DNA of 34,558 bases from Candidatus Dadabacteria bacterium. GTDB taxonomy: Bacteria > Desulfobacterota_D > UBA1144 > Nemesobacterales > UBA2774. Location: contig JAHKKQ010000010.1 of the NCBI GenBank assembly GCA_020027805.1, positions 1-34,558 of the forward strand. The letters are read 5' to 3'. Shown here piece by piece: positions 27,264-34,558 of the stretch. The notes beneath the pieces are model-generated. The model worked only from the letters and a program-made list of their open reading frames with translations. It did not search any database and was not told the origin of the DNA. Numbering within the stretch: the stretch's first letter is position 1; each line of letters opens with the position of its first letter. The position numbers and the translations under genes are program-made.

Positions 27264-27457
27264 CCTTCGACCCTTCGACCCTTCGACAAGCTTCCGGCTT
27301 CGCTATCCTCCTATGCTAAAGCTTCGGAGGATAAAAGGCTACGCCGGACAAGCAGGGCGAACGGGGCGGCGAGTCGCCGGGGACATACGAAAATGCCGCA
27401 TTTGCCGGTTTAGGCTGAGGAGGTGCGGAAGGATCGTATACGAGCACACAATGTGTG
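27264..27457 (+). repeat. CCTTCGAC(x3)-REP with nested 60-mer and conserved GGAAGGATCGTATA..CACAC tail
   Basis: First half nearly identical to 10411-10504; second half similar to 23958-24042. Confidence 0.85.
27293..27352 (+). mobile_element. 60-nt nested palindromic insert (copy 3)
   Basis: Lies between GACAAGCT and CAGGGCGAACGG. Confidence 0.8.
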
Positions 27458-27494
27458 CCGCAGGTTCCGCGCCCCACCTCACAGCAAATATTCC

Positions 27495-27523
27495 TTGACA
27501 CCCATACGCCTGAGTTCCATACT
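27495..27523 (+). promoter_or_regulatory. sigma70-type promoter
   Basis: TTGACA-N17-CATACT, 21 nt upstream of ATG 27545. Confidence 0.65.
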
Positions 27524-27544
27524 TAATAATAACAGGGAGAAAAC

Positions 27545-27862
27545 ATGAAAGATAACGGACGGGTCAAAGAAAACATTGATACGCTCAAGGATGAAGTGCT
27601 CAGGCTGAAGCAAGAATTCTCGAACGTTTCCGACAACATACTCGATATCAGCCGCAAGGCTTATAAGACGGGGAACAAGAGGCTCGGGCACGAGGCCAAG
27701 AGGCTCCACGCGGAGCTCGGCGAGGGGCTCGAGAGCGCGCGCAGGATCGGCGGCACCGGCATAGACGCCGTCGAGACCAGGATCACGCAGAAACCGCTGC
27801 TCAGCGTATTGATCGCTTTCCTCATAGGCGTGCTCGCCGGAAAGCTGATGGACCGCGATTAA
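27545..27862 (+). CDS. ElaB/YqjD/DUF883-like tail-anchored protein
   Basis: Helical N-terminus and C-terminal KPLLSVLIAFLIGVLAG motif. Confidence 0.8.
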   Translation: MKDNGRVKENIDTLKDEVLRLKQEFSNVSDNILDISRKAYKTGNKRLGHEAKRLHAELGEGLESARRIGGTGIDAVETRITQKPLLSVLIAFLIGVLAGKLMDRD

Positions 27863-27906
27863 AGCCGCAGTTTTCAAAATCGCTTAATTCCGGGGGATGT
27901 GCGAGA

Positions 27907-28392
27907 ATGGATGCAGCACAGATAGCGAGTTCCCTATCTCTCGAGCTAAAGATACTCCTCTATGTCGTCATATCCATGCTCCTGGGCGCGGCTGTGGGCC
28001 TCGACCGTGAGCTCGCGGACAAGCCCGCGGGTATCCGCACGCACATGCTGGTCGCGGGATCGGCGACGCTCCTCGTATGTTTAGGCAAAATCATGGTTCC
28101 GTCCTTCGGCCTGAGCGACGCCGCTCTCGGCTCGGACCCCCTCAGGATAATAGGCGCTATAATCACGGGCGTGAGCTTCCTCGGGGCCGGTACGATAATT
28201 AGAAGTGGAGGAGAGGACAGGGTCAAGGGTCTTACGACCGCGGCCGCGCTGCTCTTCGTCGCATCGGTCGGGATATGCGTGGCCTTATCCAAGCTCCTAT
28301 TAGCCATAGGCGTGACTGTCATCGCGCTCGCGACGCTGAGAGGCGTCGTCTATCTCGAGAAGAAGTTCGGATTCGGGAGGAAGGAATTTTGA
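27907..28392 (+). CDS. MgtC/SapB family membrane protein
   Basis: GLDRE...KPAGIRTH, DPLRI...TGVSFLGAGTI, GLTTAA. Confidence 0.93.
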   Translation: MDAAQIASSLSLELKILLYVVISMLLGAAVGLDRELADKPAGIRTHMLVAGSATLLVCLGKIMVPSFGLSDAALGSDPLRIIGAIITGVSFLGAGTIIRSGGEDRVKGLTTAAALLFVASVGICVALSKLLLAIGVTVIALATLRGVVYLEKKFGFGRKEF

Positions 28393-28555
28393 GAATCCTG
28401 GAAAGACCCAGAGCCGGTTCCTTACGTTTTATAATGCCTCCGAAAACTGAAAAGCGGTTCGTCGTACCTTAAAACCCCGGTTGTGAGAAATCTTGAGATA
28501 TGTTAGGGTTTGTGAAGTGTTTGTATGTCAAATTATGCAATGGGGGTAATGAGAT

Positions 28556-28720
28556 ATGCTTGGTTGGGCTGTCACATTTTTAGTCATAGCGATCGTTGCG
28601 GGCGTGCTCGGCTTCGGAGGAATAGCAGGGGCTGCTACGGGAATAGCGAAGATACTCTTCTTCGTTTTTCTCGTTATATTCATAGTGTCGCTTATTTTCG
28701 GCAGGAAGCCGCGTGTCTGA
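28556..28720 (+). CDS. DUF1328 (YtjA-like) small membrane protein (below ORF-track cutoff)
   Basis: [54 protein letters not shown]. Confidence 0.92.
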   Translation: MLGWAVTFLVIAIVAGVLGFGGIAGAATGIAKILFFVFLVIFIVSLIFGRKPRV

Positions 28721-28748
28721 GAGGACCGGAGACGAGCCTGAGAATCAA

Positions 28749-30077
28749 TCAGTCCCCGTTATTGCCCTTTTTATTCCCGACGAGAGACGACGGGTAATCG
28801 CCCGTTATCAGCCTCACGCCCCTCTTCCTCGTAAAGTAGTTCCACGCCCACTGGAACAGCACGAGTACCTTGCTGTCGAATTCGATGAGATAGCTGATGT
28901 GGACGAAAGCCCATATGAGCCACGCCGGAAAGCCGGATATCCTTATCCTGCCGAGGTCGGCCACGGCCGCGTTCCTCCCTATGACCGAGAGGCTCCCCTT
29001 ATCTGCGTACCTGAAGGGCTTCGTTTCCTTTCCCGAGAGCCTGTCCCTGATAAGCTCCGCGACGTACCTGCCTTCCTGCATGGCGACAGCGGCGACTCCG
29101 GGGAGGGGCGGACCGCCCGGTGGCGAGAAGCTGGCGAGGTCTCCTATGACGAATATGTCCGGGCGGCCGGGGATTGAGAGATCGGGCCCGACGACGACCC
29201 TTCCGCCTCCGTCTAGCACGGCGCCCGCCCTGCTGGCGAGCACCCTGCCAAGCGGCGAGGCCTTTACCCCGGCCGTCCAGAGTATAGTCCTCGACTCTAT
29301 CTCTTCGCGGATGCCGTCCCTGCTGAGGACCGCGGTATTCCCCGCTATGTCCGTAACCATCGTGTCGAGCCTTATGGTAACGCCCAACCTGCGGAGCGAT
29401 TCCGCGGCCTTTTCCGAAAGGTCCTTCGGATATGACGGGAGCACCAGGCCCCGGCCCTCGACGAGAATTATTTCGGCCTTCCCGGTATCGATGTTCCTGA
29501 AGTCCTGCCTGAGCGTGGTGCGCGTGAGTTCCCCGATGGTGCCCGCCATTTCCACCCCTGTCGGGCCGGCCCCGATTATGAGGAACGTCATCCACTCTTT
29601 TTGTACCTCGGGGTCGGGCTCCCGCTCGGCGGCTTCGAACGAGAGGAGTATCTTCCTTCTTATCTCGAGGGCGTCTTCGACGGTCTTGAGACCCGGCGCG
29701 GACCTGGCCCATTCCTCGTGACCGAAATAGTGGTGGCTCGATCCCGTTGCGACTATCAGCGTATCATAGGTGACTATGCCGTCCCTGAGCACGACCGCCT
29801 TTTCGTCGGGCACTATGTCCGTCACCTCCGCCTGAAAAACGCGGGTGTTCTTATACCTGCTCAGCACCATGCGGAGAGGGGAGGCTATCTCCCCGGGCGA
29901 GAGCCAGCCCGCGGCGACCTGATACAGGAGCGGCTGGAAGAGATGGAAGTTCCTCTTGTCTATGAGCGTTACCCTGATTCCGGAACGGGAGAGCGTTTTT
30001 GAGGCATAGAGCCCTCCGAACCCTCCCCCGAGTATGACTACATGGTGATCTCGGCCGCTCTCGTTCGTCACGGGCAT
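28749..30077 (-). CDS. ndh: Type II NADH:quinone oxidoreductase (NDH-2 family)
   Basis: GGGFGG, FQPLLYQVA, GAGPTGVE.AG, IGD, A..AMQEG motifs. Confidence 0.9.
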   Translation of the reverse strand: MPVTNESGRDHHVVILGGGFGGLYASKTLSRSGIRVTLIDKRNFHLFQPLLYQVAAGWLSPGEIASPLRMVLSRYKNTRVFQAEVTDIVPDEKAVVLRDGIVTYDTLIVATGSSHHYFGHEEWARSAPGLKTVEDALEIRRKILLSFEAAEREPDPEVQKEWMTFLIIGAGPTGVEMAGTIGELTRTTLRQDFRNIDTGKAEIILVEGRGLVLPSYPKDLSEKAAESLRRLGVTIRLDTMVTDIAGNTAVLSRDGIREEIESRTILWTAGVKASPLGRVLASRAGAVLDGGGRVVVGPDLSIPGRPDIFVIGDLASFSPPGGPPLPGVAAVAMQEGRYVAELIRDRLSGKETKPFRYADKGSLSVIGRNAAVADLGRIRISGFPAWLIWAFVHISYLIEFDSKVLVLFQWAWNYFTRKRGVRLITGDYPSSLVGNKKGNNGD

Positions 30078-30307
30078 ATATAACTAGTATCCCTGACGGC
30101 CGTGGAATTCAGAAATGGAAATCCACTACGTCCGGAATCTTCCTGATTTACGTCCGCGCCGGAATACCTCTGGATTAAATTCGGGAAAGTTCATACAATT
30201 ATGACAGGCATATCCGCCGGACACGAGCCGGACGGGCCGCGGGGACAGTGTAAATCATCGAAATAGAATAAGGAACGGTAAAACCGGGGGATTCCCGGGG
30301 ACTCTGT

Positions 30308-32134
30308 ATGGGCGAAAGCTTTCTGATCGGATTAGCCGCGATAATAGTGCTCGGCATCGGGGCCTACTGGGTTTCCTGGCGTCTCAGGATACCCGCGATA
30401 CTCCTCCTCCTGGCTTCGGGATTCTTAGCTGGTCCCGTTACCGGGCTGATAGACCCGGACAGGATATTCGGCGATATACTCCTGCCCGTGGTTTCGGTCT
30501 GTGTCGCCGTGATATTGTTCGAGGGCGGCATGAACCTCAAGTTCTCCGAGCTGAGGGAGATAAGGAGGGTGGTCGTAAGCCTCGTAACTATCGGGGTACT
30601 GGTCACGTGGGCGGTGACGGCTATAGCCGCTTATTTCCTCTTCGGTTTCGAGCACCAGATTGCGGTCCTCCTGGGGGCTATCCTCGTGGTGACGGGTCCC
30701 ACGGTGATCATGCCGCTGCTGCGGAACATAAGGGCGTCGGGGAGGATGGACTCGATAATGAAGTGGGAGGGGATAGTGATCGACCCGATAGGGGCGATGC
30801 TTGCTGTCCTCGTGTTCCAGTCGGTAATTGCGGGCGGCGTCCTGGAGGCGTCGGAGCAGGTCGCTTTCAGCGTGCTCAAGACTGTAATCGTGGGAGGCGC
30901 GATCGGAGTAGCCGGGGCGCGGGCGCTCATAACGATATTGAGGAAATACTGGGTCCCCGACTATCTCCAGAACCCGGTCACGCTCATGATACTTATCGTC
31001 TCTTTCGCGCTCTCGGACTATATACAGCGGGAATCGGGATTCGTCACGGTCACTATAATGGGCATAGTTCTCGCAAACCAGAAGACAGTCAGCGTGAAGC
31101 GCATCATGGAATTCAAGGAGACGCTCAGGGTACTCTTCATTTCGAGCCTCTTTATTATTCTAGCTTCGAGGCTCACCTTTAAAGATCTGGATTTTATACT
31201 GACATACAAGAGCGCGCTCTTCCTCGGAGTGTTGATTTTTATCGCGAGGCCGCTTTGCGTATTCCTGTCCACGCGGGGGAGCGGCTTACAGCTGAAGGAG
31301 AAGCTGTTTCTTTCATGGATGGCGCCCCGCGGCATCGTGGCGGCCGCCGTAGCCTCGGTCTTCGGTCTGAAACTTGTGGGCAGCGGGTTCACGCAGGCGG
31401 ATCACCTGGTCAGCATTACGTTCCTGGTAATCACGGCCACTGTGCTCGTTTACGGCCTGACCGCGCCCGCCCTCGCAAAGAAGCTCGGCATCGCCAGGCC
31501 CGACCCCCAGGGAATGCTCTTCGTGGGCGCGCACGACTGGGCGAGGGCTATAGCGAAATTCCTCCAGGATGACGGCTTCAAGGTGTCCCTGGTCGATTCC
31601 CACTGGGAGAACGTGTCCTCCGCGCGCAGGGACGGACTAAACGCCTATTACAAAAATATCGTTCTCGACAACGTAGCCGAGGACATAGACTGTGAAGGCA
31701 TAGGCAAGCTCCTCGCGCTCACGTCGAACGACGAAGTGAACTCTCTCGCGGCGCTCAGCTTCGCCGAGACCTTCGGCAGGTCCGAGGTCTATCAGCTCCC
31801 GAAACAATCTGAACGGCTTGATCCGCATGAAGAGAATTACGTCTCGGATCTTTCGGGGAGGTTCTTGTTCAGCCCCGAAGCGACCTTCGAGAATATCACC
31901 AGGAAGTTCGGCTCCGGCGCGGTGATAAAAAAGACGTATATGACGGCCGAGTTCGACTTCAATGCGTTCAGCGGCCGTTACGGGGATAAAGCCATGCCGC
32001 TCTTCCTGATCAAGGAGAACGGGGACCTCCTCGCTTTCGCCAACGATAACCCGCCCGCTCCGCAGCCCGGCCACTGTCTCGTGGCGCTCGTCGCCGAAAT
32101 CACGGAAGTAGTCAGCGTGAGCGAGCCGGCGTAG
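30308..32134 (+). CDS. CPA1 (NhaP-type) cation/proton antiporter with C-terminal NAD-binding/RCK-like domain
   Basis: ILFEGG, TGPTV, EG..IDPIG, APRGIVAA; soluble C-terminal ~200 aa. Confidence 0.92.
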   Translation: MGESFLIGLAAIIVLGIGAYWVSWRLRIPAILLLLASGFLAGPVTGLIDPDRIFGDILLPVVSVCVAVILFEGGMNLKFSELREIRRVVVSLVTIGVLVTWAVTAIAAYFLFGFEHQIAVLLGAILVVTGPTVIMPLLRNIRASGRMDSIMKWEGIVIDPIGAMLAVLVFQSVIAGGVLEASEQVAFSVLKTVIVGGAIGVAGARALITILRKYWVPDYLQNPVTLMILIVSFALSDYIQRESGFVTVTIMGIVLANQKTVSVKRIMEFKETLRVLFISSLFIILASRLTFKDLDFILTYKSALFLGVLIFIARPLCVFLSTRGSGLQLKEKLFLSWMAPRGIVAAAVASVFGLKLVGSGFTQADHLVSITFLVITATVLVYGLTAPALAKKLGIARPDPQGMLFVGAHDWARAIAKFLQDDGFKVSLVDSHWENVSSARRDGLNAYYKNIVLDNVAEDIDCEGIGKLLALTSNDEVNSLAALSFAETFGRSEVYQLPKQSERLDPHEENYVSDLSGRFLFSPEATFENITRKFGSGAVIKKTYMTAEFDFNAFSGRYGDKAMPLFLIKENGDLLAFANDNPPAPQPGHCLVALVAEITEVVSVSEPA

Positions 32135-32232
32135 GATAGTGTCCGGTTCGCGGCTCGGGAGATTCTTTTTGAACGCATACCCGGAGAAGGAGCCTTAATC
32201 CGAAGGGCCACAAAATAATCCAGGAGGGATAC

Positions 32233-32628
32233 ATGGGAACAGTAACCATCGTGTTAAACGATTCGCCTTATGGGATTGAAAAGCTTTGGAACGCCTTGAG
32301 GTTAGCGCAGGCGCTTATGGTCTCCGGGGAGAAGATCAATTTATTTCTTATGGGGGACTCTGTCGTCGCTGCCAAAGCGGGGCAGGAAACGCCGAAAGGA
32401 TATTACAATGCAGGGGAGATGGTAGCGGATATCGTATCAAAAGACGGCACGGTCAAAGTATGCGGGACGTGTATCAAGGCAAGGGGCATAAGAACCGAGG
32501 AATTGGTGAACGGGGTCCAGGTCGGAAGGATGCTGGAGCTAGCCAGTTGGATCAAAGAAAGCGAGAAGGCGTCGCTTCAGCAATTCCTTCCGCAATTCCT
32601 ACAGCCGCTACACCGGCTCCCAGTATAG
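32233..32628 (+). CDS. DsrE/YchN family protein with apparently replaced C-terminus
   Basis: PYG.E..WNALRLA, FLMGD.V, GQ.TP.GYYN, CGTC..ARG; similarity ends at SEK (~32568). Confidence 0.88.
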   Translation: MGTVTIVLNDSPYGIEKLWNALRLAQALMVSGEKINLFLMGDSVVAAKAGQETPKGYYNAGEMVADIVSKDGTVKVCGTCIKARGIRTEELVNGVQVGRMLELASWIKESEKASLQQFLPQFLQPLHRLPV

Positions 32629-32650
32629 AAACCATAAACACAGGTAATAG
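32570..32650 (-). pseudogene. 27-codon remnant of an MFS transporter N-terminal region
   Basis: LLPVFMVSILGAGVAAVGIAEGIAEAT, preceded by an in-frame stop. Confidence 0.7.
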
Positions 32651-32702
32651 TCATAGAACTGGCCCTCATATATATTATCTGCGGGACTCAGCCTTTTAAA
32701 AA

Positions 32703-33545
32703 TTACATCATTCCCCCTCCCATCTTATCATCGTGGTTAGGGTCGTCCCTGTCCATATCGCCGCCGTCGTGAAAGCCGTCGTGGTCCATGTCACCGTCAT
32801 GGAACCCGTCAAAATTCATATCGTCATCATGAAAGCCGTCATGATCCATATCGTCGTCATAATAACCGTCGTGGTTGTCATCTTCCACATTACCACACAC
32901 ATAATCAGGGTCATCAAAATCCATAATTCCGTCCTCGTCAAAATCTACTTCTTCGAGCGGGTTATTCATCGGCGATGTGAAACTATGGTCCGAATTAACT
33001 GTTACAATCCCCAAATCGACAGGCTCGTCACCATCGGATAAACAAAACTGGTCGTCGGATTCACCCATATGTTCCGGACCGCAGTCAAGAACCATAAAGT
33101 CGAGGAATTCGTCCATCATTTCCTGGCCGGTGTGAGCAGTGAAACTCATTGTATAGCACTCTTCCACCGGGAGCTCCATCATAAACTCTCCTGTCGCGGA
33201 ATCCGTATTGGACTCGTGAACGGAACCGTCCCTTGCTATAGCTGTAACGATAAAAGTTCCGGCTTGGCCTGCAGCCAGCGCGCTTGTAGGTGCTATGGAC
33301 TTAAATAGTGGGTTAGACATAAAGGTAGCAAATAACTTGTCTTTATGGATAGTCGGAGAAATATTCTTTACCGTACCTGTACTGACAGCACCTGTAACCA
33401 CTCTGGTCCGGACTCCCGGATTATCTCCACCGTCCCCTACATCATTTCCGCCGCACCCGCCAATAAGGTAAAAACTCAAGAATACGATTATCAGTGGGAC
33501 AAAAGAAAAAGATTTACTTTTCATGACTTCAAGATTCTTAAACAT
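32703..33545 (-). CDS. Putative lipoprotein with Asp/His/Met-rich DxDxDG decapeptide repeats
   Basis: LIGGC lipobox; C-terminal DDMDHDGFHD-type repeats. Confidence 0.8.
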   Translation of the reverse strand: MFKNLEVMKSKSFSFVPLIIVFLSFYLIGGCGGNDVGDGGDNPGVRTRVVTGAVSTGTVKNISPTIHKDKLFATFMSNPLFKSIAPTSALAAGQAGTFIVTAIARDGSVHESNTDSATGEFMMELPVEECYTMSFTAHTGQEMMDEFLDFMVLDCGPEHMGESDDQFCLSDGDEPVDLGIVTVNSDHSFTSPMNNPLEEVDFDEDGIMDFDDPDYVCGNVEDDNHDGYYDDDMDHDGFHDDDMNFDGFHDGDMDHDGFHDGGDMDRDDPNHDDKMGGGMM

Positions 33546-33710
33546 AATTCACCCCCATTTTATTTCAGCTGTTATAATAATGGGCTGCAATTGACATGCC
33601 ACGAACAACTTATGTAAATCCGGGGAGTTGTAACTGTTCAGTTATTACACCGTTAATGATTAGTGTAGGGAATTAAGACATCTTACAAATTATTTTTTCC
33701 CGGAAGTTCG

Positions 33711-34343
33711 ATGAAGGACGTTGATAAATTCGCTCGGTTTTATGAAAGTGACTTCGGGAAACGTATTCTGGAGAAAGAAGCGGAATATATTCAGAAAGAG
33801 CTTAAAGATTGTGATAAGATACTCGACGTCGGGTGCGGTATCGGTATTTTTGAGGAACGGCTGTCCGGTCTCGACATTACGGGCCTGGATATTTCGGAAG
33901 AGATGATAACGGAGGCCGGGAAAAGAAGCGATAAAAAGTTTGTCGTGGGTGACGCTGAAAATCTGGAATTCGATGACGCGTCTTTCGACGGTGTTTTATA
34001 TGTGGCGGCGTTGGAATTCATAGCCGATTATAAAAAAGCGGTTCGGGAATCGTGGAGAGTGACCAAACCGGGCGGAAAGCTCCTCGCGCTCATGCTTAAT
34101 CCGTCGTCACGGTATTTCCATGAGCAGTCGGAAGATAAGGATTCGTATTTCGGGAGAGTGCTGCACACGGATGTCGATGAGATCAGAGACTACATTGCGG
34201 AACTTTACGAGATTGTAAAGGAAGAATACTTTCTGGGAATTACGGGGAAAGGAGTCTTTGAAACCCGCGATAAAAATATGCGGGCTTGTACGCGGTCGTC
34301 GGGAAAAAGAATCGATAGAGATAATAAGGTAAGCATGATATGA
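33711..34343 (+). CDS. Class I SAM-dependent methyltransferase (possible frameshift near the 3' end)
   Basis: ILDVGCGIG, GLDIS..M, GDAE.L.F, KPGG motifs. Confidence 0.9.
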   Translation: MKDVDKFARFYESDFGKRILEKEAEYIQKELKDCDKILDVGCGIGIFEERLSGLDITGLDISEEMITEAGKRSDKKFVVGDAENLEFDDASFDGVLYVAALEFIADYKKAVRESWRVTKPGGKLLALMLNPSSRYFHEQSEDKDSYFGRVLHTDVDEIRDYIAELYEIVKEEYFLGITGKGVFETRDKNMRACTRSSGKRIDRDNKVSMI

Positions 34344-34558
34344 ACGCCGGGACGAAAGATCATTGGAACCACGTTTACGCCTCAAATGAGATAAACAGCC
34401 TGGGCTGGTATGAAGCGGCTTCAGAACCCTCCATACGCCTGATATCGAAATGCCTGATCGGAAAAGACGACCCCGTCCTGGACGTCGGCGCGGGCGCATC
34501 GACATTGATAGATTATCTTCTCGATCAGGGATACGGGAACGTCACCGCCGTCGATATA
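34340..34558 (+). CDS. Class I SAM-dependent methyltransferase, 5' part (runs off the window)
   Basis: MNAGTKDHWNHVY...LGWYE...PS...VLDVGAGASTLIDYLL..GY..VTAVDI. Confidence 0.88.
   Translation, partial: MNAGTKDHWNHVYASNEINSLGWYEAASEPSIRLISKCLIGKDDPVLDVGAGASTLIDYLLDQGYGNVTAVDI

Noticed and set aside
10078-27457. CRISPR array interpretation of the repeats
   Set aside because: Repeats are dispersed, heterogeneous and often inverted; there is no regular direct repeat-spacer period and no cas gene.
28442-28466. GAAAAC-N15-CGTA upstream of the DUF1328 gene as a third ECF promoter
   Set aside because: The spacer is 15 rather than 16 and it lacks the shared AAACTTTC; too weak.
32577-32669. Minus-strand Cys-rich mini-ORF MRASSMTITCVYGFYTGSRCSGCRNCGRNC as a RiPP or metallothionein
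   Set aside because: It is an alternate frame of the MFS remnant, with no clear RBS and no modifying enzymes nearby.
1-34558. tRNA, rRNA, riboswitch or intact transposase/integrase
   Set aside because: None recognisable by eye; tRNAscan-SE, Rfam and ISfinder scans would be needed to exclude them formally.

Overview
A 34.6-kb chromosomal window from a GC-rich, diderm bacterium (beta-barrel, Tat and lipoprotein signals; taxon cannot be fixed from sequence alone). Genes: hisS, a GT4 glycosyltransferase, two tandem DUF3943-like/beta-barrel paralogs, FkbM, cupredoxin, a phasin-like gene, SDR, fumC, an NCS2 permease, an ECF sigma/zinc anti-sigma/PspA/vWA/membrane-protein cluster with two matching sigmaW-type promoters, two tandem alpha/beta hydrolases, lhgO, an orphan nuoF, tatA, small stress genes, NDH-2, a CPA1 antiporter, DsrE and a lower-GC right end with methyltransferases. 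The most unusual signal is non-coding. Many intergenic spacers are mosaics of several REP-like palindrome families, and some palindromes carry nested inserts in their loops. One insert is a 60-nt element (a 30-mer inside a related 30-mer) found 3' of AGCT with no clean target duplication in two different host repeats. The other class is four ~92-97-nt inserts, each with a unique 65-67-nt core followed by G(A/T)CC and a covarying hairpin. No intact transposase is present, only a GIY-YIG N-terminal remnant. All calls are by eye; no database searches were run.
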